From positions 42,098,001-42,162,000 of the forward strand of contig CM060733.1 in assembly GCA_030704615.1 (NCBI GenBank): a stretch of DNA of 64,000 nt, written 5' to 3'. The position numbers were made by a program, and so were the translations under genes. Positions 1 to 12,468 of the stretch are shown piece by piece (position 1 is the first letter of the stretch; the number at the start of each line of letters is the position of its first letter). The stretch comes from Takakia lepidozioides. Lineage: Eukaryota > Plantae > Bryophyta. A model generated the notes under the pieces. That model searched no databases and was not told the DNA's origin. It saw only the letters and a program-made list of their open reading frames with translations.

Positions 1-847
1 TCCATCCGCAGCTTTGAGATTTCTGACCAGGGTTGTTTCGTCAACCCCCCTATGAGCCCCATGTCGATGACATTTTGTACAACTTCATGCAGTCCAGTCA
101 GACTCTGAAGAGACCAGATGGCACTCCCTGGAGAGGTGCAAAGGAAAAGTCACCAGCATTCATGCAAATACTGCTGGAGTCATGCAGCCACCGCTCTGCA
201 CGGGTTGTCGATCTTTCTGTGTCCACAGGTTCGTTTTCTCCCTTCCGAATTGGTTTCCTTTCAACAGTTTCATCTGCTTAAATCCCCTCCTCCAAACTGT
301 TTATGTTCTCGTGTCTGGTGCAGGAGCAACTTACCACGCATGCAAGGCAGGCGGAAGAAGCCTTTTTGGTATGGAGGGTGATTCTGACCTCTACAACACA
401 GTGCTCCTCCCCCTTTTGTCTGGCTCCACTTCAGGCACACAGACTGATCGGATTCATATTCGAAATGATGACGATCCCGAAGATAAGCAGGTCGACAACG
501 ACTTTTCATGTGAGTAAGTGCTAAACCCTCTTTGGGAGTCATACTCAATTTCTCGATAACATCAAAGTTACAGTAATAACTTTTTCAGGCTGTCTTTCAG
601 GAAAGCCAGCGGTGGATCTTCAGGAGATACATTCATTTCTGGCGAGTCTGTTTTCGACAGCCCCCTTTCCAATTTTCTGCTCCCTGTTTATGCCGAAGCA
701 ATGGCACTTCACGCGTCCGAGTCCCTATCCCCTGACTTTTTAGTGGCCAGCCGTAGGTGTATCCAGCGTGGATCCGGTGTTCTAAAATACTTAGACTTAG
801 ATGCAGAGGAAGAGGGGATACATTGTACTGACTCTGAGTCAGACTGA
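1..847 (+). CDS. 3' exons of a beta-class amino (N4C/N6A) DNA methyltransferase-like gene; 5' part outside the window
   Basis: EKSPAFMQILLESCS..RVVDLSVSTG|ATYHACKAGGRSLFGMEGD resembles motifs X-I-II. A GT-AG intron at 229-323 joins ORFs 33-281 and 182-517 in frame. A probable last exon (SPLSNFLLPVYA...KYLDLDAEEEG, TGA 845-847) is homologous to ORF 27915-28292. Confidence 0.75.
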
Positions 848-974
848 ACGGTATTCTTTTAATATTCATTTTTATATTATCTGGAAAACGTTGAATCCCC
901 TTACTCTACCGTAGTTGTTCCTTTAGAACAAATAATAATCACAGAATCAACTTTCGTTTAAATTGCTATATGTA

Positions 975-1345
975 TGAATCCATCTCACAAACCTTCCTGA
1001 CTCTTCTCATATCCATTGTGCATTCATCTACACTGTATTCATGCGTGCTCCTTTCATGAAAGCTTCCTTTGTACAACATCCATTGTACATTCATCCTCTG
1101 TACTCTTTAATCCACCCCACAAACCTTCCACACTCATTTCATATACTTTGTGCATTCGTCAAAAGATTTGGTCATGCATCTTCCTGTCATGAATTTTTGT
1201 CATTGCTCAACATCCATTATACATTCATCCATTTTACTCTTATCCATCCGTCATTCATCCATCTACATAGATTTTTCAAACTCATCCATCTGTTTATCAT
1301 CCAACTGTACATTCATCCATCATTTATTCAATGCCTTTTATTATG
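975..1345. repeat. Low-complexity CATTCATCC-type degenerate repeat in the subterminal region of element 1
   Basis: Many imperfect CATTCATC/CATCCAT words, G-poor on the + strand. Confidence 0.55.
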
Positions 1346-1602
1346 TCGTCCAGCTTGTTTCCGCGGTAAAGGGTGCCAATCCGCGGGAATACACTCCACT
1401 TCTTTCTGGGTGCGTGGTGACTCGGCCTCCACGAGTGATGACGTGGACTGAGACCCGTGACGTGGCATTTGCGCAAGGTGACGTGGCGTGAGCGCAGTCG
1501 CGCTCACGCGCTCACGCGCTCACGTGACCAGGCTCACGCCGAGGCATCCCTGCATTGCTATCCATTAAACGAGTAGAGTTTTAAGGCTGGGAAGAAAGAA
1601 AG

Positions 1603-1833
1603 GTGAATGTTTATACTCATATGCATGAAGAGCTGGTACTGGTAAAGAATTGGATTCCAAAGGATATTTTGTGGATCAAACTCACACCAAGAACAGCTTT
1701 TCAGACTTGTTTGCCATATGGTTATATGGTAACGGAGACTTCAAGTATAGCCAAGGGTGCATTGAAGCTTGAAAGAAACCCAGGCATATACGAGAGATAT
1801 TACAGAAGAGAGTTTTGGTTATTGCCACATTAA
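1603..1833 (+). CDS. C-terminal part of an ORF upstream of gag (unknown function)
   Basis: Same ORF with the same stop at 47346-47804 in copy 3. Confidence 0.45.
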   Translation: MNVYTHMHEELVLVKNWIPKDILWIKLTPRTAFQTCLPYGYMVTETSSIAKGALKLERNPGIYERYYRREFWLLPH

Positions 1834-1854
1834 AAGAAATGAAAGACATGGGAC

Positions 1855-4340
1855 ATGAGTGATGAAAGAGAAGCTAGACGACAGAGATATTCAGCAAAAA
1901 GAGAAAGCTATCTGAAAGCTAATTATCCATATCTTTGGGAGAGAGGAATAGACATAGGGGAATCATCTGGACCTCTCACACCATCAAGATCAAAGAGTGC
2001 ATCACCTATACCGGAAGAACTAGAGTGGATGCCACTCCTTCTGTTTCTTTGCAAGAAAGATTAAGGGAATTGGTCCAGGAAGAAGATCAATCACGAGGTG
2101 AAAGATCTGAGGTACATCCTTGGATAAAAGACTTGACAGAAATCTTTGATAAGAGTTGGCATGGAACACCAAAAGCAGGAACTCCAGTTTCTGAAGCAGA
2201 AGATGAAGAAGGAGAAGAGGATGTGGCAGAGCCAACGGAGAGTTCAGACTCTCCAACACCATTACAGTTGAGTTACATGAGTGAAGAAGAAACCCAGGGC
2301 AGAACTTGGAGGATGAAAACAGAGAGAAGAAATTAGAAGAGGAAGAATATGAAGAAGTAGACCCAACAGCTGAGGTTGAGACTACAACCAGGACATCCCA
2401 ACCCGTTGGACCTGGATCAAGTGGAGCACTTGGATCACAGGCCAACGAAGGTGTCGGCTCAGGGGGATCAGGCGGGCTGCCTGGATCTGGCTCTGGGGGG
2501 ACAGGGAGTGTGGGAAGTAGTGCAACTGAAGCTGGGAATACTGTGAATATCGTGGGACCAGAAGCAAGGAGTGCTCAAGGGCCACCACTTGGTGGAAGAT
2601 CCACCACAAAAACAACAGGTCCAGAAGGACCAGCACCAGCAAGGGTGCCAGCACCTGTCAGTGGGCAGAAGGTAGGGCCACAGATGGCGTTACAACCAAC
2701 ACGGGCAAAACCACCCTTTCCAATATATTCAGGAAAAGGGGATCCCGATGTACACATTAGCCAATTTGAGCACATGTGTATAGTGAACAATGAGAATGGC
2801 GATGATGCCAAGATGAGACTGTTTCCTTGTTCACTTATCAAGAAAGCAAGTGAATGGTATGCAAGATTCCCTGATAATCATTTCCTAACCTGGAATGGCT
2901 TGAATACAGCATTTCGAAATAGGTTCAGGACAAGTAAAACTGAGGATGAAGTGTATGGAAGTTTACAAGAGCTGAAGCAGAAGAAGCATGAAACTGTTGA
3001 AGAGTATATGGAGAAGATGGAATTGATGATGAAAAAGCTGGCTGCAGTACCAGCGCCCGGTTTACAGAAGACTTGGTTTGTGAGTGGATTAAGACCAGAG
3101 TTGCAAAGAAAGTGGATATGTTACCCCATAACACAGTGGAGGAGGCATTTGAAACTGCGAACAGAATTGAGCAATTGGGAATGCTCAGGAGAGAGAAAAA
3201 AGAAGATGAGGACTCTGAGGATGAGTCAGATGAAGAAGAAGAGCAAGAACTAAAAAGAAAGAGTAAGAGAAAGGAGAAGTTGAAGAGGGATAACTATGAA
3301 AAAAAATTGGAAGAAATCTTGAAGAAGTATGCCACAGAGGCTGCAACACATTGGAGGAAGGGTGTATGGTGTGCAAAGTGCCACAATGAAGGCCATACCA
3401 CCACAGAATGCCACATGAAGGAGAAACACTGTACTATCTGTAAAATGGATAACCATTCTACTGAGAATTGTTACTATAACAGAAGGACAGCTGCAAGAGA
3501 ACCTAGGCAAGTAAGGGTGCATCAGGTGCAGCCCAGCCAAGAAGAAACAATGATCAGGACCACTATGGTAGGTCTGGTGGTTATAACAATGGCATGGAAG
3601 GGAGAGGTAATTCAAGAGGGAATTACCAAGGAAATTCCAGAGGCAACTATCAGGGTAATCCAAGGGGGAATTACCAGCCGGGAATCAGGATTATAGAAAT
3701 AATCCAAGAACAGACCAAGGGCGAGGACCCAATGGTGAAGAGCTATGTTACTATTGTAATCAGCCAGGACATCGCAAGGCAGCCTGTTCATTCTGGATAA
3801 GACACCAGAATGAGATGAGAGCTCCTGTGAATGAGGGCCCAGTGGTGGCAGCTCACATGGTTAGGCCATGTGTTGTACCAGAAGTAAGTACAATGATAGT
3901 AACAAGAAGTAAAGCCAAACTAATACCTCCAGTAGAAGAGGAAGAAGATGAGACTGGAAGTGGCAATGATATGCCTGAAGATGAAGAGACTTGGAAAGAT
4001 GAGAAGGAACTGCACAAGGAAGTGGCAGATACTATAAGGGAAATGCAAAAGAGTACTGATATTCCTGTGGCAGATTCCTCTGATTCGGATGGAGAAAAAG
4101 AAGGGAGTGAGGAAGAAAGGAAAAAAGAAGATGCAGACATGCAAAGTAATGAAGAGACTTTGGCTGCAGTAATATGTCAGACCAAAGCAGAAATTACCAT
4201 TGGACAGCTATTAGCTGTGGCACCTTATTGTAGGCACAGGCTGTATCAAGCAATCAATCGAATTGCCCAAGAGACAGGAAACACAGACCTGAACAGCAAG
4301 GTGACCAGTTATAATGTGAAGCCAGAAGGGCGAGAACCAG
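1855..4340 (+). pseudogene. gag: gag (capsid-like domain and Zn knuckles), frameshifted
   Basis: YSGKGDPDVHISQFE...LFPCSL..ASEWY capsid-like signature; CAKCHNEGHTTTEC and CTICKMDNHSTENC knuckles; split over ORFs 1935, 2306, 3073 and 3815. Confidence 0.9.
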
Positions 4341-7300
4341 TCATGGACTTTGATGATTCTATGCCAGTAATCCAATTGAGAATTGGAAGCACAGAACTAA
4401 CTGATGTACTGATAGATGGTGGTTCTGGAGTAAATATCATGACAGACCAATTAAGAAAGAAGCTTGGTCTAAGTAACATGAAACCAGCCCCATTTACAGT
4501 AACAATGGCAGATCAAAGAAGTGTGCAGCCATTGGGATTAATAAGAGGAGTTAAGATACAGATACAGAAAATGATCTTTATGATCACAGTAACTGTATTA
4601 AGAATGGATGAAGTCATGGAGGCTTACTCCTTATTATTGGGACGTCCGTGGCTGAAACAGGCCAGGGTATTCCATGACTGGAATTCTCAGTTACTAACCG
4701 TGCATAATGGGATACACGAGATACAAATTACCACAAAGAAATCTAGTAGATTACCTGCTACAAGAAGACCTCGAGGAGTCAGAGAGTATGACTGGAGAGG
4801 AGGACTGGATGAGGAGCAGGAAGCTACCCTATTTGCTGCACACCCAGAGTGGGAGCAGATTGCGGAGATGCGGCTGGAAAGCCTAAGTTGTTTAAGAGGT
4901 ATCTGCTGTGGTGTAGTGTCGGCAACACCAATTGAAGAGGAAACCAGCAGTTACCCACCACATTTCTATGAAGAAAGAGAAGGAGAAATAGAAATCCTAG
5001 AAGAACCAGCCACTGTGAGCTTACAGGATGAAGTGGTGACTGGTTGGACAATCACAGCTGATGAGCAGGTGAGAGAAGTAAATGTGGGAACTCAAGAGGA
5101 ACCGAGGATGGTGAAAGTAGGAGCTGATTTGGAGCCGGAATTCTTCGAAGAAGCTAAAAGCTTGTTCATCAAATACAGAGATGTATTTGCTTGGAGCTAT
5201 GAGGATCTAAAAGGGATACCACCTGAAGTCTGTCAGCATAAGATTGAACTGGAACCAGGGTCAGTACCAATCAAGCAGGCGAGGTATAGAATGAATCCCA
5301 ACTACGCACAGAAGGTTGGAGAAGAGATAAAGAAGTTGGCTGAGGCTAAGTTTATATACCCAATAGAGTATACAACTTGGTTGTCACCCATTGTTATAGT
5401 TCCCAAGAAGAATGGCAAACTAAGAGTATGTGTAAACTATAAGAAGCTGAATGCTTGTACGAAGAAAGATCCTTTCCCTTTGCCATTCACAGAAGCAGTA
5501 TTAGACACTGTGGCAGGCCATGAGATGTACTCATTCATGGATGGCTTCAGTGGTTATAATCAAGTGCAAGTGGCAGAAGAAGACCAAGGGAAAACAGCTT
5601 TCATCACAGACTGGGGGGCTTATGCATACAAAGTCATGCCCTTTGGACTTTGTAATGCACCAGCGACCTTTCAGAGAGTGATAAGTGAATCTTTTCATGA
5701 GTATCTGGATGATTTCATGCAGGTATTCTTGGATGATTTCAGTGTGTACAGCTCTAAGAGTGAGCACTTGCATAAATTGGAGTTATGTTTGGCCAGATGC
5801 AGGATGAGAGGTCTGGGCCTGAATCCAGAGAAGTGTACTTTCTGTGTGAACTCAGGGGTGCTTCTGGGACACATTGTGTGTAAGAAGGGACTCCTTGTGG
5901 ATCCCAGGAAGACAGAGTCCATTAAAGCCTCTCCCCCCAGTGAATGTTAAAAGTCTACGAAGATTCCTTGGGCAAACCAGTTATTACAGAAGATTTGTCA
6001 AAAGGTATGCACAAATAGCAGCACCATTGAGCAAGCTTCTGAAGAAAGATGCAGTGTTTGATGGACAGCTGAATGTCAACAGGCGTTTGAGGAACTTACA
6101 CTGTCAGTAACAACTACACCTGTGCTGATTAACCCTCACTGGCATGTAGTATTTCATGTTCACTGCGATGCATCAGGAGAAGCATTGGGTGCGGTGTTAG
6201 CCCAGAATGTTACAGGGAATATAGATTCACCTGTGTACTATGCTAGCCGGTTGATGAACAGTGCTGAGAGGAACTATAGTACAACGGAAAGAGAAGCATT
6301 GGCAATGATTTATGCAGTCAAGAAATTCAGGCATTACCTATTGGGAAGAAAGTTTATGTTTTATGTGGATCACCAGGCTCTGATATATCTGGTGAACAAA
6401 CCTTTGATAAGTGGAAGGATAGCGAGGTGGTTAATAATCTTGCATGAGTTTGAGTTCGAGGTTATTTACAAGCCTGGCCGTTTGCATCTTGTGGCAGATC
6501 ATTTGTCACGACTAACAACAGGAGAGGCCGCCACAGGAGTGGACGATCAGTTACCTGATGCGAGTTTATTTGTAATGGAGGTGCAAGGAAGTGCAGATGA
6601 ATGGTTAGATTGGCAGTGGCCAATCAGATACTACCTTGCTCATGGTCAGTGCCCACCTAGTTATGGTAAAGAGCAGAGGAAGAGAATTGCTATCAAAGCT
6701 TTACCTTATACTATGGTAGGAAGCAGAATGTATAAGTTAGGACCTGATGGAGTACTAAAACGATGCTTGTACCACCATGAAGTAATAAAGTCTTGGAGGA
6801 AGTTCATAAAGGAGTGGCTGGAGGTCATTTTGGAGAAGAGACTACCAGTAGAAAGATACTACTCGCAGGATACTGGTGGCCTACTTTGTTCAAAGATGTA
6901 CACGAGTATTGTCAGAAGTGTGATGAATGTCAGAGGCTAGGACCTTTGCAGAGATCTGGAAGGATGGCCTTGCATCCTACAATGCCTACAGAACCATTTC
7001 AGAAATGGGGACTAGACTTTGTTGGACCAATTAACCCACCATCCAGGAATACACGAAACACGTACATAATTACAGCCACTGATTATACTACAAAGTGGGT
7101 GGAAGCTAAAGCTTTGAGGGACAACACAGCCAAGTCCACAGCAAGGTTCCTGTACGAGAACATACTTACACGATTTGGCTGTCCCTTAGAATTTATCAGT
7201 GATCGAGGAAGTCACTTCATGAATGAGACCATTGAGTTGTTGACTAAAGAGTTATGATTGTGCATAGAAAGAGTACAACATATTACCCGCAGGGTAATGG

Positions 7301-7877
7301 GCAGGCAGAGGCTACCAACAAAATACTATGTACTATCTTGGCTAAGATAGTCAATGCAAACAGAACGGATTGGGATACAAAGCTGCTGACAGCTTTATGG
7401 TCATACAGGACTTCATATAAAGTCACCACTAAGTATACACCATTCCAATTAGTTTATGGTATGGAAGCCTTACTTCCAGTGGAATTCCTGTTACCTACCA
7501 TGAGAACGGAGTGGGGAAAAAGAATGGAATTGCAAGACTCCATCAAGGTCAGGAAACATGAATTATACCATGTGGAAGAAGTACGTGCTGATGCAGCTGA
7601 TAATATGACAAGAATTCAAATGAAGCGAAAGGAACAGTTTGATGAAGGCAAGTTAAAGACTTTTAAGACGGGGGATTTGGTTCTATGGTTGCAGAAGAAA
7701 GGAAAGATTCAAGCTTCTAAGCTTAAATCACCGTGGAAAGGACCTTATGTCATACAAAAGATGTATGATAACAACACCGCCATGTTACAAACCATTAACA
7801 AAGAAATGCTGGGAAGAGTCAATGCAAATAAGTTGAAGGGGTACAGTGGTATCCATGAAAAAACCCCTGCAGCATGA
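4341..7877 (+). pseudogene. pol: pol: aspartic protease, RT, RNase H, integrase; frameshifted
   Basis: LIDGGSG (PR); MPFGLCNAPATFQR and FLDD (RT); DASG..YSTTERE (RH); HHCC, WGLDF, SDRG, GQAE, GPY (INT). Confidence 0.95.
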
Positions 7878-10800
7878 TTTGCATGTTGAACCGCAAGAGC
7901 AGTCACGGGCTGCCCCAGTGTTACGAACGGAGTATGGAACACTTGTCGCTAGGCCCAGCATATATGACCAGGGCGGGCAAAACAAACGTGACACAGCCAA
8001 CCACAGCCCATCACGACGTGACACAGCCTATCACAGCCCATCACGACGTGACACAGCCTATCACAGCCCAGCACGGCGCAACACAGCCTATATCAACCTA
8101 CCACAGCGTGTCACAGCCTATCACAGCTTACCACAGTGCATCACAGCCTATCACAGGGTAACACAGTATGACACAGCCTGTCACAGCTCAACACAGCCTA
8201 CTAAAGTTACATCATCCATAGAATCAGTGACAAGTGGACACATAATAACTTCAGGAAAATGGATGACGGAAGAGGAAACGGAAATTACTTTAAAAATAGA
8301 CACGTGGAGGTCAGGACGCGACACACAGCAGACAATGAAGTGCAAGGACAGGTGTCAAAAGAAAGAAGACAAGAACGGCCGTCAAAAGGGATGAAAGCCA
8401 AGCCCATTAATGAGTACGGAAAAAGGGAAACGGAACGAACGGCAAGTACAGAAAAGCCGAATTCTTGTCACATGTGTGATCCTAGTGGACTATCCAAGAG
8501 GGAAAGTCCACTAAAGAAGATAAAATTTAAAACCAGTCACAGCGGATACAGCCAATAGAAAACCAGAGAAAGGATCAAGAAAATGGAGAAAAATTGAGCG
8601 CAAGAAGCGGCGTCGTTCTGAGTAACGGGCGTCTCGACAGGACAGGCCATAAATGCTATAACTTGGAAACTATGGAGGAACTAACAGACTATACGCTCGC
8701 AATATTACTTACGCAGTGGCATAGACACGAAAGGACAGAGCAGAGTTTTTCTCTTGAGCAATGCTTGCAAGCCCCGCAGGCTTACAAGAAATTACCCATA
8801 GCTTTCTGCGGCAACCATACGTTTATGCTTTGTGCACTACAGGCATTCCTGCAGTTGTTACAACCAAAGCAGTTCTGTGAGTCTAAAATGAAGAGAGTGA
8901 GAGGAATGGAGGAAATCAGGGTGAAGAGCACCACAATTCTGCAGAAACAAACGATGGCTACCCCACAGGCGATAAAGATACTGGAGGAGCTGAGATTGCA
9001 AGGATTGCAAAGCCTAGATTGGACACTACACCATAGACAGTACATGTTACAATTTTTGCAGAACTTTGAGCCAAGGACAGGAACAACAACGGTGAAGGGA
9101 GTTGAATTAATGATTACTCCCTATACCTCCAGCAATTGTTTCGATTGCCAGCAGGTCAGGTGCATGTGGAGGAACACAGGGCAAGACTGCAAATAGGGGA
9201 CTTATTCCAAGAAGGGAGTTTCTTTAAAACTCAGGGTTATGCTTGTACCAAAGCTGTGTACCCAGGGTTAAAAGAGATAGGCCAGGTATTGAACGTTCTG
9301 ATTGCCCTGAAACAGAACCAACAATATTTGAGCAGATCCTTCACAGAGGAAATACTCAAAGGCCTGAAGGGACAAGAGGTACAATGGGCGGACATAATGT
9401 ACAACGCACTGGTAGAGGAGATGAAAAGATTACAAGGTACTACCGCAAAGTCTCCTATCATTGTGTCTGGCCCAATCATTGCTCAAATAATCCTTTTCTG
9501 GCATACTTAATGCACAAGAAAGAAGGAAGAAATGGGAGTGTTTGAGCCAGAAACAACTGCAATGGAAGAGCAAGGCTCTTCACACAGTGAGGGTGGACTA
9601 GCAGCACAACCCGAGACTAAGGGCAGAGAGGGGAAAGACTGTAGTGGCGGATCCACTGGCTTCACGGATTCCGCATGATAATGTTTCCCAAGCTCATGGC
9701 CAGGAAGGGGCACAGCAGCACAGACAAATGCTATTACTGGAAGCAGGACCTTCAGAGAGGGAGGAGGAAGAAGTTACTTCTGCATCACAACCATCACAGC
9801 CACTTGAACGACTTGTCACAAGGTCACAAGTTATCCATGCAGCTCAACCCGAAATAATTGATTTGGAAAGTGAAGGGATAGATATTCCAACTACAGAACA
9901 GATAGTGGCAGAAATAGAGAAGGGGACCTTCTCTATGAATATTCTGGTCTGGTCAAGGAGACAGAAATCCCAGAGGTGCAACAGTTGCCCAAGGAAATCC
10001 TGAGGTGCATATAATGCACACACCTGTGTCGGAGGTACCACAGGCGGAAGGTCATGACACTGTAGCACCGGTCATAGATGAAGTAGTTCAGGAAGAAAAT
10101 CCGGTGGGACAATGGCCTGAATGGTTAGTGAGACATCATACTGTTGAAGATCAGGAGGAACAGCAGCAACCTCACCATGATGACCCTCAACAGGCAATGC
10201 TGATGAGTTCCATAGGCAGGACACTTAATTTGTTGGGGACTTATGTCAAATCCCATGTTCCAATTACCCAATTGACAGCCTTGAAAGAGGAACTCAGGAA
10301 GGAGTTTGAGGCTCGACTTGCCACTGAGTGTGCAAACAAGGTCGATGAAGAGGTCACTCTCAAGATGAAGCAGGACTTGGGCAATACAGAAATGGCTTTG
10401 CATTGGCCAAGCAACAATTGATTGAGGCAGGCCTCGCGCAAGACCAGTTGCACGAAGCACATAAGCAACAGCTATACCAAATGCAGGTGCAGCATGAAAG
10501 CAAGTTGCAAGAACTGAATGCACTACATACGGAGTTGCAGACAGTGCATAACAGGATGGCGATACAATGTGCTACATTTACAACTATGCTTGACCAATCA
10601 ACAAAAGAAATAAACAGTCAAGCGGAAAAATGTACGAAGGCAGAAGAAGAGAATGTTGAGCAAATGAAGCTCATTGTCGATATGAAGAATACAATCTGTC
10701 GCCATGAAGATACTTCAAGCAATACAGGCAGATGGAAGCTGATCAAGAGAAACACATCGTGGAGTTGCAACAAACCATCGTGGCCAATAGAAATGAAATC

Positions 10801-12437
10801 GCGGTCAGTAACAAGGCTGGAAGGAAGCCAATAATCTACTTGCTGCTTATGCGCAATTGGTTGAGCCACAGGCGAAGCGCATGGAGGCTTTACAACAGCA
10901 GTTGGAATTGTACAAGCTAAGAGAGGAGCAAACTCTCAGGGGAACCACAAGCAGCTTGGTGGATAACAGCCTTATGCAGGTCTGGTTAGCACAAGGGCCA
11001 GTAGAGGGCAAAGCCCACGGAAGCTCACCCAAAGCGAGATGAATGAGCTCAGGCTGCAGGTGCAGAACATTGCCACAACTACTATAGACAATGTCTATAG
11101 TAGGATAGCAGAGTTACAAGAGGATGTAGACGGACTGCAGACTCAAGTGGAAGACCCTCACTTCAAACATCGACCAAAGAGTCTATACCTCAGGAACAGC
11201 TAATGGCTTCTTATTTACAAGCCAGAACTTTGGCTTTTCAGTCTTCACAGGAGGTGCAGGAGATGCCAATGATACAGGAGCCAGTACCACCACCACCACA
11301 ACAGGTCAGTGTACCAGTAGCTGAACCTGTGGTTACTACAACCACACCACAGCCACCACAGCCGGAGGTATGGGGCAATGCCGCTTTTAACCCACCTAAA
11401 ACTCCAGCTGCAAGGGAGTACAGTAGGGCTATGATTATGCCCTTCAACCAAATTCCCATCATGTTGGATTTGGCTTGGAAAGAATTTAGTCCTCCGCAGT
11501 CATTCGCACATTACTACCAAATCATGCGTATTGGCTGCCAGTGGCAACTAGGACTAAAGTTCTTCCAAACAATCGACATATTGAAGATCATCACTTTGCA
11601 CAATACTGGCACGAGGCAGGTACCATGTTGAGGGAATTGGTGCTTTCCAGGTTGTACATGGACTCATTTATACCAAGACCAAGGAGATAGCAAGTATTGT
11701 CATGGGGTGCGGCTATACTACGCTGCTTGTTTTCTGGTACGTTACCACATTGAGCAACAAAAGATGCAAACACGCTTTCAAGTTACTCCAGTGGAGATCA
11801 TTGGGTATTACCTTCGGTGCCACCTCATATGTACCTATATGACCCAAAAGTTATGATGCAAAAGGATTCTCAAATTCGTTCATGGTTTCAAGCAGCCTGC
11901 AACCATTTGTCAACACAGAAATTCGGACTTGATGACATTTTCTATAAGGGACATGTGGCATGGAAGTACTTACTTGCACGCTGCACCAGTAATTGGTACC
12001 CCACTCACCTGGACAGACAAGGAGCTCAGTGTCTACACCAATTTTGCTGTTCAGCGGTTACACCAAGTTGTAAAATGCAAACTTCCAGACATGGTAGGAC
12101 AGCATTGTATGCCCCAGATGATTCCACAAAAGGTTCGAAAATTAAAACACCTGAGAGGCGATGAGGATTCTGATACAACTGTTTCTTCACAGAATTCTTT
12201 TGACATGGGAGAAGACTATGCAATTCAGATGGAAGAAAAGAAGCGAAGGGGTCTCCTATGCCGGAAAGGTTACCCGATATCAGCCTCCAGAGGGCCTCAC
12301 TTATCCAGGTAGTGATCAACCATCTCCGTCAACCAGAGACAGACCTCGGGCTCGTACACACAGTCCGCCACGAAACTCTCAACGTCAACAAGGTGCTCAC
12401 TCACAAAGGTTTGCTACTCGGAAACAGTAAACCGTGA
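7846..12437 (+). pseudogene. Long coding extension after integrase (10-aa repeats, Athila-ORF-like domain, coiled coil, unknown C-terminal domain); frameshifted
   Basis: ORF fragments 7846, 8594, 9136, 9644, 10005, 10403, 11203 and 11817 match the better-preserved ORFs at 55082-60635. Confidence 0.8.
7988..8200 (+). repeat. 30-nt coding tandem repeat (DTAYHSPSRR-type, 7 units)
   Basis: Visible in the translation; 9 units in the copies near 53965 and 56125. Confidence 0.9.
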
Positions 12438-12452
12438 GGACACGGCTTTTTG

Positions 12453-12466
12453 AGGGGGGAAGGGGT
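12453..12466 (+). other. Polypurine tract of Gypsy-A copy 1
   Basis: AGGGGGGAAGGGG just before the LTR-starting TG. Confidence 0.85.
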
Positions 12467-12468
12467 AA

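Larger units (their letters stand above)
1..1551. mobile_element. End of a diverged relative (element 1) of the MTase-carrying MULE family, inserted in Gypsy-A copy 1; other end outside the window
   Basis: Terminus GCTCACGCCGAGGCATCCCT (1532-1551) aligns with GCTCATGAAATAGCAGCCCC at 17212-17231 and is preceded by GCTCAC repeats (GCTCAT in the other ends). Gypsy-A sequence resumes at about 1552 (compare 47523). Carries the 3' part of an MTase gene reading toward this end. Confidence 0.7.

Noticed and set aside
1545-1552. hAT (Ac-like CAGGGATG) terminus
   Set aside because: The end aligns better with the GCTCAY-repeat TIRs of the MULE family here and shares its cargo; not fully excluded because this element's transposase is outside the window
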